Source of the DNA: the human T2T-CHM13v2.0 reference genome, Homo sapiens
NCBI RefSeq assembly: GCF_009914755.1
Contig: NC_060937.1
Direction: 5' to 3' (one strand)
DNA: 64,000 nucleotides
The notes under the pieces were generated by a model. It worked only from the letters and a program-made list of their open reading frames with translations. It did not search any database and was not told the origin of the DNA. The translations under genes were made by a program, and so were the position numbers. This document shows, piece after piece, positions 45,950 through 61,595 of this stretch (within the stretch, counting starts at the first letter, position 1; every line of letters starts with the position of its first letter).

Positions 45950-48520
45950 CATAATTCTTAGTGTTTGCAAACAACTTAGATGCTTTTTTCAATAATGCGG
46001 TATCTCAGTAACTAGACCTCACTTCCTTTAACAACTCCACAAATATAGTTTCATGAAGCTGAATTTTTAATACTTATCTATTCAGCTTACCCTTAAGTTG
46101 CTCAAAACTACTCTCTTGGACTCCATTGAAATACTTCGCCATTTAAGTTCTCCTCATCTTCATAATGTTTTCATTTCCCTCTTTAATTACCTTTGATTCC
46201 ATAGTTCATATTTTAATCTCTGTTTTGCATTATCAATTCCATTATCACAGCCATGCTTTCTTTTATACTTATCTGCTGGTAGATGCAATTCTTTGCCTAT
46301 TCCTGAAGTCAATTGTTGCTGCAGAAAGCTAGTCCTGTTTACTGGCTTTATTTTAATATCATGACTATTAGCATCAAGGGGCCCTTAGTCCTGCCAGGGG
46401 AACCTTTAACATTTTCCTACCTATTCATTAACCTATTTCTTCCCATCTCATCCTTTAGCTTCACAACTCTAGCTGCTTTCTGCCCATTCTCATTTCCAGC
46501 TGCAGATTTCACTCTGGGAACAGAAATAGTCATAAACAAAATTTCCTTAGCATGTTGTTAGCCATATACTCTATATTCTTTCTTATTGTCATGGATGAGA
46601 AGTCCATACTATTCTTTAAACAGCTCTTCTACTTGACCACTATATTTCCATCCTTTTCAACAACTTTTTTCTCTCTTCATTGTCATATGTCTCCTCTAGC
46701 TCCTCAATCAATCTCATCAGCTCTTAACAACACATGTTAAGTGCTATAAACCCCATCTTAAAAATAAAATAAAGAATTTCTCTTGACACATATTTTGTTC
46801 TAGTTACTGCCTTTTTACCTAAACTTTTCTTGAAAGAATTACGTATACTCAATGGCTGGCTTTTCTTTCTTTTCTCTTTTCTTGAATCCACTTCACTGAG
46901 GCATTTCCCCTCAATACTCTACTGAAAATGTTCACCTCAAAGTCTCCAGTAACCTACACATTACTAGATCCAACATCACGTCTTAGTCACTGGTGTGCTG
47001 GTTAGTGCTTAACAATGCCTCTTAAGGAAAGAAAAAAATCTCTCTCTGGCTCCTAGAGTCTGCTGATTTCCATGCTGTAAATACTCCAACCATGGTGAAT
47101 TTCAAGTTTTTAACATGATGTCAGTGAACACAGAACATGAAGAAATGCATGCAATTGGCTCTTGCTTGCTGGTGGAGCAGGCCCTAGCACCCAATAAACT
47201 GGTCTTAATTTCAGTTGCCTTATCTGCAGTGTTTGATGTAACAAAATTACCTAATACTTCTCAACTCAACACAACATTTCTGGAATACCACTGTCTTCTA
47301 TTATTACTCATATTGTGGTTTACTCCTTTTCATTGTGTCTTTTCAAACACGTTAATACCCTTGACCTCTAGATGTCAGAGGTCTCTATTGATGTGCCTTT
47401 TTTTTCCCTTCCATCTATATTTTCACTTGAACATCTCCTTCAGACCTTTAAATTTAAAAACCCTTTGTATATCCAAATAACCTGTCCAGGTTTTCCTCAA
47501 AAGGTTTGAACACCGGAACTCACATTTCAATTTCTCTATTCAGTATCTCCACCTAGATATTTAAAACTGAATTAATGTCCAACAATAAACTCCAGGCATT
47601 GTTTTCCCAAGTCTGCTCCAGCTACAGTGATTAGCATTCTTCTAGTTACCTCATCTAAATACCATAAATACCATTCTTCTAGTTACTTCATCCAAGTACC
47701 ACTTTCTGCAAAGTGTCATTTCTGTCTTCTTTTTAATTCTCACATCCATATTCTGTTACTTCCATGCCCCCATCAGCAAATCCTGTCATCTTTTCTTTAA
47801 AAATATATTCAGAATCTACCACATCTCACCATCTCCACTATAAACATCTTGCTCCAAGTCATTATCATATATTACATAGATTATTTCCACTTGTTTTCTG
47901 GTCTCACTGCTTCCACCCTATCCCCTAAACTCTACTATTAAAACAGAAACAAAAACCAAAGTGGATATACTTTTGAATAGTGTATCCCACATTATCACTG
48001 TTCTGCTCAAGCTTTTAAATGTCTTTGCAGCTCACTTAAAATTAAATCTTTTCATTGCACTACAAATTTCTATACGGACTCCCTCCCTGAAGTTTGATAA
48101 CATCGTTTACCGTCACTCTCCTCTTCACTCAGTCAGCCTCACTCACACTGGCACCTTGTTGCTCAAAACATGCTATCAGGAAAAGGCCTGAAATGTTTTT
48201 CCTCACATATCTACATGATTCAATCATTCATTTCATTTAAATATTTGTTCAAAGATGAAATCCTCATTGATACATTTCCTCATCACAATTTTAAAATGCT
48301 ATGCATCACTACCATAGCACTAGCAATTTTCTAATATAGTACACAAACACATATGCATATATGTGTATCTGTATGTGTATATGTGTGTGTATCATATCCA
48401 TCTGATCCTACTAGAACATATTTTGCTTCTATTGGAATATATTTTGTTTATTGAGGTATTCCAATGTCTAGAAATTATTTGAACATAAGATAGGAATTTA
48501 GAGAAACTTTGTTGAAGAAG
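45950..48520 (+). mobile_element. Long fragmented L2
   Basis: Pyrimidine-rich L2 motifs: 'aagtctccagtaacctacacattactagatccaa', 'tatctccacctagatattt', 'cagcaaatcctgtc..aaaatatattcagaatc'. Confidence 0.7.
46988..47196. mobile_element. MER63-like hAT element inserted in L2
   Basis: CA.TGGTGTGCTGG terminus and 'gatttccatgctgtaaatactccaaccatgg..tttcaag'. Confidence 0.75.
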
Positions 48521-48529
48521 TAAAAGCAA

Positions 48530-48640
48530 TAATAACTTAGCACTTATTGATCATTACCTATGTTCAAACACTGTGATACATGTTATAATTATGGTATCTC
48601 ACATGAATTTCGCAAACAAAGAAACTAAGGCACAGGACTG
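48530..48640 (-). mobile_element. MIR fragment
   Basis: 'aacttagcacttattga..ctatgttc', 'gaaactaaggcacag'. Confidence 0.5.
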
Positions 48641-49011
48641 GGATTTAATTTTAGCTCTGCCCACCTATTGGCAAGCATGTAATAAGATGTGGTCCTGGGC
48701 CTTTCATAACACTTCATGTTAGCTTATTCCTCAGTCATGTATAAATTTTTTCTTTATGCATATGTGTGTATGACTGTTTTCTTTTCTTGTATATTCTACA
48801 AACAGTTCAAATAAATGGTTTTTTTCTCTGGACTTAATCAGCCAGGATACTAAATTAAACTGTCAGGTGGTTTAATCAATTTTATCAAATATTATATGTT
48901 TTCAAAAAATTTCCCGGAATAAAGCAAGATTATGCTCTATTTTGGACTTTGTGACCCAGAAAATTTAATATTTCAACACCAAAACATTGTTTGGGATTCA
49001 CAGATCCAGAT

Positions 49012-49506
49012 TGTGAGAAACGCATTCACCCATTCAAACCCAAACAATGGACTCGGAGTCAAGAAGAACAGCAGAAGCGAGACTTTCTATGACGGTCTTG
49101 CAAGATGGGGTGTCTGGTAGGCAGGCACACCCAGTGCCTGTTACAACAGGTAATTTATCCCCAGCAGGCACACCCATGCCTGTTACAGCAGGTAATTTAT
49201 CCCCTAGCATGCACCTCTCTCCCCCAGGTCCTCATTGGTTGAGTACCATGGGGTTACAATCTTCCAGGACAGCGTCTGAGTTTCATTATCCCCCTTATAA
49301 AGTTATATCCCATCCTCGCTTAAGTTTCAATTTCCCAATGATGAAACTTCCTTCCCTTTTATGAGCTGACCCCTCCTCTACATTCTGTTCACTTATCGTG
49401 ACTTTCTAGGTGCATGGGCCGTGCATTTTGTCACATCCGTAGGCTGGCTGCCAGTACTTAGATTTATCATGCCTTGAAAATGGACCATTTAAAATGTTTT
49501 CTCACA
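49012..49506 (-). mobile_element. ERV1 solo LTR (LTR15-like)
   Basis: Minus strand starts TGTGAGAAAACATTTTAAATGGTCC; 9-bp terminal inverted repeat; 4-bp TSD agat. Confidence 0.85.
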
Positions 49507-50994
49507 AGATTAGGGTGATGTTTGACTAAACTTCCCATCTTCTAATACAGAAGCCTCTTCCAGACATCCTTCAATGCAAAGATCAGAAAGTTCTGTAATT
49601 GTCCAAGTCCACCATTGCATGATTTCTTTCTGAGAGGATTATGAGTTAGGAGATAATTTTCATTTTCATTTATTTCTATTTGGTAGATATCTGAGAACTT
49701 GATCTTGTTTTCATTAGCTTCGTGGTACATATGGTGGAGGAGGAGCATGTTGAGAGGAGATAATGTTTAAGTTTATAATTCCTACAGCTACACAGAAACA
49801 GCATATCTTACAATCTAGCATTGTTTAAAAACTGTGGTTCCTTGAATACAAGGTTAAACAAAGTTTAATGGAAAATATAGATTACTGTTATTTTCATGGC
49901 TCAAAAATTATTGTTTTTAATTATAATTATTTCTACTATTGGAGAAAAATATGATTTAATAAAAAGACGTAGTTTTGTTCTGTTTGTTTTTTAACCACAC
50001 ATCTTCTAGGAGCCTATGTTACTCTCTTGAAGCTAAATAGGTCCTTAGAGAAGTGAATTGATTATTTCAGGCTACTAAGATACAACTTTATAACACTGTT
50101 GAGCATGCTATTTAACAGGCCAGATGGGGACACTGATATACTGAAACAGGGAAAATAAGTTAATGTGGAGGATAATTTAGACACCGTAGGGGAATGTGTG
50201 AATGTAAGAAAAGAAATTGTGAATGATATACAGGACCAAAGAAATGTACTCTTTGCAACATATTTCTTTCTAGCCTACTTTTTGACTCTGTTTTTCTTTT
50301 TTTTTTTCTATACATAGATTGTGGCCATAATAGGATGGTACAAAATATGTTTCTAGAGAAACTGGCATTAACTAAACCATACTCTGCAAAACCCAAGCAA
50401 AAGATAAGGACAACAACATATGGACTTTTACAACAAATGAGTTCACATGACTTTTTTTTACATTCTTTAGCTATGAATAGATGAAAACAGCAGAATTCAT
50501 GGACAATGGGGATATAAAAGGTGGCAATACAAAGTGGAATAGATAATAAATGTTGTGACTAGAAGAAAATGGAGTAAATTGAACGTGAGTTCACAGATAA
50601 CAACACCGAAGAGAAAAGAGTGACTTATCAGAATCTTGCAATTTGTCAAAGATTGTTTAGCCTGTAAGTCAACATTTTGCATAAATTTGAAAATTAAACT
50701 AGCTCTTACCTCCTAATGCACCATAATGTAAATTCATTTTAATTATATTTGATTGATTTATTGACTCATCCTCCGTACAAACATTCATTCATTATTAATT
50801 AGTTCAAAGCATATTTATTTAAAAAATAAAACCTATCATAAGCCAGGTAGTTTGCTAAGTATGGGGAGGCATCAGCAGACAAGGCAGAATAGATTCTTGT
50901 CCTGATTTCAGATAGCCATAAAAGTTGTGATGAAATGAAATTATGTGATAGAGATAAACGGAAGGGGAAGTCGTCGCTGTTAGGTTTCTTTTAT

Positions 50995-51423
50995 GGTCAT
51001 CTGTCCTACGAATGTTTGTGTCCCATGAAAATTTGTATGTTGAAATCCTAACCCCCAAGTTGATGGTATTGTGTTGGTGCAAAAGTAATTGCGGTTAATT
51101 ATTTTCAACGGCAAAAACCACAATTACTTTTGTACCAATGTAATATTAGGAGGCAGGGTTTTCAAGAGGTATTAGATTATGAGTGTGGATCCCTCATGGA
51201 TGGGATGAGCACCTTCATAAAACAGGTTTCAGGGAGCGTGTTTGCTCCTTCCAGCATGTCAGGATGCACAAGGAAATGTGCCTTCACCAGCTTATGTATC
51301 TGCTAGCTCCTCTATCTTTCACTTCCCAGCCTCTGGAACTGTGAGAAGTATTAATAAATTTCTGTTGTTATAAGCTACGCAGACTAAGGTGATTTGTTGT
51401 AGCAGCCTGAATGGACTAAGACA
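50995..51423 (+). mobile_element. MLT1A-type LTR, split by MADE1
   Basis: 'gaatgtttgtgtccc..gttgaaatcctaacccccaa' through 'gcagcctgaatggactaagaca'. Confidence 0.88.
51069..51143. mobile_element. MADE1 mariner MITE
   Basis: TTGGTGCAAAAGTAATTGCGG TIR and its inverse, flanked by TA. Confidence 0.93.
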
Positions 51424-52219
51424 ACCTGCTTAAGCCAGGCCCTGGGATTCCCAGTGTCTTTTTTTCATACTAGTTAGAGTCATCCAACTGAGGAATCTGG
51501 ATAAATCAGAGTGAAACACAATCCATTATTCTCTAAATGTTGCCATGGTTAGACACAGTAGAAGATAGAGGCATAGGAGGCTGGATAATTGTAGCTTGAG
51601 ATGGCAGCTACACAGTAGCTATATCTGCCCATAGACCTCACCATAAGTTTGCCTTTCCAGTCCCACTATAACAGTTTCATGTGCTTGGTATTTCAATTTC
51701 CTTGCACGCTCTGATTTTTCAGTCATGATCAGCACTTTAGAGAAAGCAATTAGTGACTATTTCTCTGATCCTCTGAGCCCTCCTTCCAGTTTACTTCCTC
51801 AGCTGCTTCTACATGTCTGTAAAATACAGCTTTTATAATTAAATTATTTATTACCATATTACCCCATAGTGTTTCCATTTCCAGACTGAGAGACTGTCTC
51901 TAAGAAGATGCCATTTAAACTGAACCTGTAGGAAGAAATAAAAATCCAGGTATAAAGACAATTAAATGAAGACAGGGTACATTTAATTTTCAGAGAAATT
52001 AAATACTTGTGAAGAAGACTTTTTGAAGGAGGAATGAGGGGAATGGGCTATGAGAGAGATTATTCAACAAAACCCCAAGTATGATAAGAAGAAAATTTGG
52101 AGGATATGGTTTTCTTCTTTCTGTAATTGATTTGATTGGAAAGTATTTGGCATTATATCTAAGCACTGTGAAATAAGTAATAAAGTTTAAAACTTTCTTG
52201 AACATAATAAACAGACTCA

Positions 52220-52617
52220 GCAAGCATACTGGACTTTCCACTTTCTCCTTCCTGCTCTGTGCCCCCGATGGCTGACCTGTGTGGACCATATCAGTGGGCT
52301 TTCTTGTTCTCTAGCTCCTAGTTGAGTTTGATTAGTAATAAGCAGTGACAATAGCTCTGAGGGGAGGAGGAGAGTGAAGCCTGGTTCCTTCCTTGTAGGA
52401 TGGCTGTGTTCTGTGACTAAAAGTCACAATTCCTATTAGATGCATCTTACAACACTGACCTCCTGTCACCTTTGAGCGGTACAGGCAACTGGTTGTTACT
52501 TGCTTGGGAATTAAATTTTCCTAATGTGGCTTTCCTTTCACCTTTATGTCAAAAGATCTATCTATTAAGCTTTCCTTAAATTACCCAATGTGAGTAGTTG
52601 CTGGGATCCTAACTGAT
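52220..52617 (+). mobile_element. LTR33-like ERVL LTR
   Basis: 'cctgctctgtgccccc..ggctgacctgtgtggacc', end 'ccttaaattacccaa..gctgggatcctaactgata'. Confidence 0.55.
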
Positions 52618-53593
52618 AGGGTCAGAGATACTGAATGAATTTTGTAACAGAAGCACAGATGTGTACAGTTTAAATGTTTAAAGTACAAGTAATCTTGGCA
52701 ATTATTACATGTCTGAATTAATGCACAGAACTTCCTTATTTTTTGAAATCAAATCTCATGTTATATACACAATATGATTTAGCTTCTGTGCTGATAAACT
52801 TCAGTATTCATCAATATGAAATTATTTTTGTAAGACCAAAATACACGTGTCAAGAAATTCAAGAACAAAATAAATGTACAATATCTAGTCCCAGTGAACA
52901 ATTCAATATCCACAACAGTAGAGATACAGATGATAGGTGTAAAATGAGCCAAAAAAGATAAAAATAAGAAAACAAAGTCGATCAATATTAATCCAAATAT
53001 AACAATTTTTTCATCCACCACTTGAAGTTGGATGGAGAGAATTGACCACCTATATTCAAACTACTGTGACAATTATTAAAAAACAGTTTAGAACAAGGAA
53101 AAAGAGATATAATATTACCTTGAATATATTACTTCAATAAATTTTATACAGTATGTATTCACTGTGTAAAATATATATAAGAAAATATATATAAATTATT
53201 AAGATTTTATATTGTATCATGTCCATTAATTTCACTTAGAAAAAATGTGGGTCTTTTGTTTTGCTTGGATTCTAATATGTTCATAATACTATATGTTTTT
53301 AAGTCCTAGAAATTTCCAAAAGATAAAACTGATAAGGACAAGTATACTTTCTAAAGTGTAAAGGCGTTTAAAAATGACATTAAAAAATTGAGCCAAAGAA
53401 GAGACAAAAGAGGGAGGCATCTTTAGATTCATGTTTTAGGTCAATAAGGTAAATCAATTATATAGCAGAGTGATAATTTAAAATCAAGCTTTGGTATCAT
53501 TTATGATGCAACTCAGGCCTTAGTCAGAATTGAACAATCAGTCTAGCTACCACAATGCACAGTTTCCAAGTCTACCCAGCTTAAAGCATACCA

Positions 53594-53635
53594 GATGATG
53601 ATGATGATAATGACGATGATGATGATCATGATGAT
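53594..53635. repeat. (GAT)n imperfect microsatellite
   Basis: 14 triplets, mostly GAT. Confidence 0.9.
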
Positions 53636-54519
53636 TACTACTTTAATCTACTTCTTTTAAAACCTACTTAAGAATCACTTTGTTTAAATGTGTTCTTTGA
53701 ATTAATACTGGGGTCTTGCCTTCCTATTCATAGTTATATTTCCCATTTCAATTCACATACATGTTATCTATTTGCTCTCTGATTTTAAACTTGCTGAGCC
53801 TTTGGATTACTTACGATACTTCTATGTTAAAGCTTTAAGCTATCTCTGTTGTTTGTACCAAACATTTTGTTAACATTTTTGATAGTGTTGATGATGAAAA
53901 TAAAATTTCACACGTGTGTGCTAAACCATGACCAAGGGAAGAAATAAAAGAGATGCTGTTTATGATTCTAGAGTGTCTGTTGTTGAAATAGGCCATATGT
54001 GTTTCTGTGACTCGTTTATTAGGATGTATTCATTAGAATGAGTATGTCTTTTTTGTCATTCATAGAAGTTGAAAGAAAGAGAGAAGAAACTGGTTGCAAG
54101 AAGTAGCTTCGACTTGCTACACATGATTCTTTTCTGAATTGGAAAAGATTTGGTAAAAGGTAGAGATGCAGCAATGTATTTTTTCTTCCTATAATATTTT
54201 TACATATTTTAATTAAAAACATTTCTGGAACATTTGGATGCATTGTGAGTAATTGGCTATTGCTAGAGATGGGCAACAGATGGTCAGAAGTATCTGTAAG
54301 CCAGAGGAGCTGATTTGTAGTGAGATCAAATTTTTACTTAAAAAGGAAGAAATGAATAAAAACTCAAAGTTAAACTTTGGAGAAGAGAGGGATACTAGTG
54401 TTAACAGCTAAAATTGGAGAGGAGAGAAATACTAGTGTTAACAGTGAGAGATTCCCAAATAAAACTTTTTACATAAGTGAGATGTGAATTCTTTTGATTT
54501 TTGTTAGGGCTACAATAGA

Positions 54520-54956
<437 letters not shown>

Positions 54957-55117
54957 TAAACAAAGAGAAAATTTACTACACCTAGGAATCCAAGAAATGG
55001 TCCAACTACCAATATTCAGGAAGGGCAAGGAAGCTACTGGGTCTTAGAGACTTCTACAACATGGGCTCAAAACCTGGGCTAGTTCACCTCTCATTTCTGC
55101 TTCTTTTCATATGCTAA

Positions 55118-55185
55118 CTTTTAAAACATTGTGGGTACATAGTAGGTGTGTATATTTATGTGGTACATGAGATATTTCAGTACCC
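55118..55185 (-). mobile_element. L1MA 3'-terminal fragment
   Basis: 'gtgggtacatagtaggtgtgtatatttatgtggtacatgagatattt'. Confidence 0.7.
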
Positions 55186-56499
55186 AGATACCTAGACAAA
55201 TATTTATAGGTTGCTGGATAACTATACATATTTTTTCTTTCTCCTCTTTCCTCTTCTCTTTTTTCCTCTCATTTTTTCATCTCTTCCTTCATGAGGCTGG
55301 TAATGCAGAACCATAATGGACTACATAAATTCCTGGACATTGTTCAAATTATAATAAAAATACTGGCTTTTCTATGATTGGTTTTGTTTTCTGCAGAAGG
55401 AGAAAACCAGTGCAAGCAAGACACTGAGGTTATGTTTCATAGGAGGAACACAACTTAAATCAATATTGATAGTTTGTGTAGTGGCATCCGGTGCTTTAAA
55501 TTCTACTTTCTATATCCTGTCTTTGCAAGTCTAACTTTACTTTTAAGAAATGACTAGATCTAAGGCAGTCCTGTATCCATTTGGAGATAGATCTATACGT
55601 ATCCCTGAGGGCTGAACTGAGGTCTATAGAAATCACACCTTCAACCCAAGGTATGATACCTTTTGTGACAGGTTCTTTGAAGTCTTCCTTCAATCTTTCT
55701 TAAAAGAGAAAAAAAAGTTCAAACACACATTCTTTTTTCTATTCAGAACTGAGATTAAAAGTTTCCCTGATCATAAGATGGGGGGAAGGAAGAAAATTAT
55801 TTTTTTTTCTAATGATATTGGTTTGTCTTTGAAGTCCAGCTTCTAGACAAGTCACATCAATATCAAAGAATCTGTAAGCAGATTCAGAAAAGCTCAGATT
55901 GGATTCATAGGGATAAGTCAGTATTCTGTCTCTGAGCTTGTAAAACTTTACAAAATCGCAAAGGCACTTAGTATTTTAATTAACAATAGCTTAATCATAT
56001 TTTTGGTATTATGCTTAAAGAAATATTTTATAGATGAAAATATTTGGCTAAAAAGACAGATCATTACATAAATTAAAGCCTTTGATCCTTGACTTTTTCT
56101 ACTCTTAATCAAGCCTGATGGTGTGACTCAATATTTTCTACTTCCAGGAAACATGAAATCAACATGCATAAATCAGCATTTCTTTGAGATTGTTCTATCA
56201 TCCATTAGTATTAATTAGTTTACCGATACTTGAAAAGTCATAAACAAAAGTTCAATTTACTAAAATGTATCATTGAAGATTTGCAAGAATCTTTTAGAAC
56301 ATAATATTAGCCCAACTACACATGAGAAAACCTATGTGTATCAATGATGAAAAAGAACATTTCAAGGTCTTTCAGTGAATACCTGGAATTTACTAAAGAA
56401 GGTTTAACTGAAATGGTCATGCTGTTTCTACAATATAATGACTTTCTCAAGTTAGTTTAGTTACCATGGGTATTCTTCCAGTGTTTTCAACCTTACTGG

Positions 56500-56641
56500 A
56501 ATTTTCCCCATATTGATAGGATGTAGCAGAAAGTTGGATTTAAAAATAAAAGTTTTATTTTTAAATAAAAATATGGGAAAAATAAAAATTTTCCCCATAT
56601 TGATATGATATAGCAGAAAGTTGGATTTAAAAATAAAAGTT
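56500..56641 (+). repeat. 55-bp direct duplication with an inverted spacer
   Basis: 56500-56554 versus 56587-56641, 2 mismatches. Confidence 0.95.
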
Positions 56642-56947
56642 AAAATATTGGCACTAAGCACTTCAAAGAATGGTAAAATAAGGATCTGTGAATGACTTCA
56701 CTTCCATTAAAGCAATGGCAACACTCACGAGAAATGCCAAAACTAACTTTTTCAGAACTCAGCTATTAAAGCAAAAGCTTGCAACAATTCATGGAGCACC
56801 TATTCAAGAAAAATAGCTATATCTGGGTAAGAAATTGATCTTTTTGTTATTTTTGCTTGCCGTATTCTCATCCTCTTAACATGCTCTGTAGTGGCCTGGA
56901 AAACCATCAGCCTAGTAAACGTGGTAGCTGTTAAAACCAGAAGATTA

Positions 56948-57290
<343 letters not shown>

Positions 57291-57771
57291 CTAATCTCTT
57301 GAAATCTGTCACTATTTGATCTGTCTGGCAGTTCCTCAGAAAATACTTTTCTCAGGGATTGTCTCTTTGACATCCTGAGAAAAGTAGAGCTCACCTAGCT
57401 CTATCTGTAGGGCATTTGTCAAAAACGATCAGTGGAAGTTGTTTAACATTGCAGTGGCTGAAGCAGCACTGCTTGTTAGAACAAACACAAGCTGGTTAGA
57501 AGTCATAAATGGAAAATCTTGAGAATGAGATATCCGTAGGAGGGTTTGAAAAACTTCCAACGCAATCCAAGGACATAGAAGGCAATGCATATGTGTAGGC
57601 CTGTGTAACTGCTTAGAAAATACCTGAGAATGCCTTAATCTATTACCTCTGACAAAACTGGGACCTGTGTAGGCAGGAAGTAAAGACTAAGAGTTGTAAA
57701 TTGCCTGCCTGAGCGTTGAATGTATGACCTAACATATGCACCAAACACTGGCAGACTTACTCGTGCCATAC

Positions 57772-58063
<292 letters not shown>

Positions 58064-58699
58064 GGTGCCTTACATTTTTTTAAAATATGTCCAAATTTTT
58101 AATGAATCAGTAACCAAGCAGATAATTCACTGGCTACACTCAAAAGATAATACACTTCACAGAATTAGACCCCATAAAACAGTAAACAAACTAATAATTG
58201 ACAAAAACAACAAATAGAAAAAAAAAGCTAGCCCTAGTGTGTGCTAAAATGTGATTTCCTGAATTGTCAAATTATAATATTTAAAATGTCTAATTTTCAA
58301 CAAAAAATTATGAGAACTTTTAAAAAGGGAGGGTTAATTAAGACTTTTCCAGATAAATAAAGAAACAAAGAATTTATCATTAGCAGACCTGCCCTACAAA
58401 AATAACAAAGAAAATCCCTAAGAATGAATGGAACGAACACAAATCAATAGTTCAAATCCACATGAAGAAACAAAAATTATGGGTAAGGGTACAATATAGG
58501 CAACTATAAAATAAACTTATTTTTGTTTACAATGCTTGTCTTCTTCCATTTGATTTAAATGAGATATGTATAAAGCAATATTTATAAAACTGTTTTGATG
58601 GGCTTGTAATATATAAAGATGTAATTAGCATGTCAATCACAGCAAAAAGAGAAGAAAACCAACAAATAGGAGCAAACTTTTTGTATACTATTGAAATTA

Positions 58700-59012
<313 letters not shown>

Positions 59013-59452
59013 AGTAAAGTTAGTATTACTCTAAGTGGATTGTCATAAGGCATGATGTTGTTTGTAATCGCAAGGGCAACTACTAAGTAAAAAAACAAAA
59101 CCAAAAAACCTCCAAATAATAAATTAAGATACACATCAAAGGTCCTAAAAGGATACACTGGAAAATATCTATTTAACACAAAACAGGGTGGTAATAGAGG
59201 AAAAGAACAACAAGAAAAGATATATTTTTTAAAACATAGCAAGATGATAGACTTTTTACCTATCAACAATTATATTAAAGACAAAAGGGTTAAAATTTCA
59301 ATCAAAAAGCAGAGATGGGCAGAAAGATTAAAAAAAAGTGTTCCAACTGTATATCTACAAAAGGCACACTTTACATTCAAATAGACAAATAGGTTGAAAG
59401 TGAAAGGATGGAGAAATGTTAACCATGCAAGTAGTAATAAAAAGAGAGCATG

Positions 59453-59742
59453 GGCTGGGCACGGTGGCTCATGCCTGTAATCCCAGCATTTTGGGAGGCC
59501 GAGGCGGGTAGATCACCTGAGGTCAGGAGTTCAAGACCAGCCTTAGCAACACAGTGAAACCCTACCTCTACTAAAAATACAAAATTAGCTGGGCATGGTG
59601 GCACATCCCTGTAATCCCAGCTGCTTGGTAGGAGGTAGGAGAATCGCTTGAGCTCAGGAGGCGGAGGTTGCAGTGAGCCGAGATTGTGCTATTGCACTCC
59701 AGCCTGTGTGACAGATGAGACTCTGTCTCCAAAAAAAAAAAA
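59453..59742 (+). mobile_element. AluS (Sx-like)
   Basis: 'gatcacctgaggtcaggagttc'; TSD agcatg. Confidence 0.94.
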
Positions 59743-60478
59743 GCATGAGTCACTGTGCCAATATCAGAAAAAAACAGACTTTAATAGAAAAATTTTTACT
59801 AAAGATAAAGGACATTTTATAATAACAAAAATGCAATCCATCATGAAGATTTAATAATTGTAAACATATTCACCAATCAACACAGTACCAAGTTTAGGAA
59901 GCAAAACTTGACAGAATTGAAAAGAGAAATAGACAACTAGAAGCAGTAGTAGTTGGAGAATTCAATACATCTATTTCAATAATGAATACAATAACTAGAC
60001 AGAAGATCAGTAAGAAAATACAAGACTTAAATGACATTATCTACCAATTTGACATAATAAATGTCTATGATACTACAGCCAACAACAAAATACGCATTTA
60101 TCTGAAATGCACATGAAACATTCTTTAGGCAAGAATTTATGTTAGGCTATAAAACAAACTTTCTTAAATGTGCAAATATTGAAATTATAGAAAGTATGTT
60201 CTCTAACAAAAATATAATTAAATGTGAAATGCATGACAGAAAAATTTAGAAAACTTAAAAATATGTTGAAATTTCTTAACACAATTCTAAGTAAAAAAAA
60301 GGTCAATGAAGAAATCAAGGGATATCAGAAAATACTTTGAGATGAATGAAAATCAAGAAACAACATACCAAAACTTATGTAATGCAAGTAACACAGTCTT
60401 TGTGGAAATTTATAGTTGTAAACAACTATAGTAAAAAACAAGAAAGATCTCAAATCACTAAACTAAACTCACACTTTA

Positions 60479-60803
<325 letters not shown>

Positions 60804-61214
60804 CTACAAACTACAAAATGAAGTGAAAACTCTGTTAAAAGCAAGCAAAGGAAAGGAAATAATAAATACTAGGCAAGATATAAATGAAATCAAGTATAGA
60901 ATACAACAGAGAAAATCAATAGAATCAAATGTTTCTTTGAAGTGATCAATAAAAATGAAACACATTTAGTTATACTAACCAAGAACAAAGGACAGTAGCT
61001 CAAATTATCTAAGTCTGTAATTAAAGAGGAAACTCACTATGAACCTTACAAAAAAATTGTAAGGAAATATGCATAACTGTTTATAAATGACTTAAGTAAC
61101 TTAGATATAATGGACAAATTTCAGGAAAGACAAAAATGATCACAAGTAACTCAAGAATAAATAGAATATCTGTACAGACCTATAACAAGTTAAAAAAAAT
61201 GACTAACAATTTAA

Positions 61215-61595
<381 letters not shown>

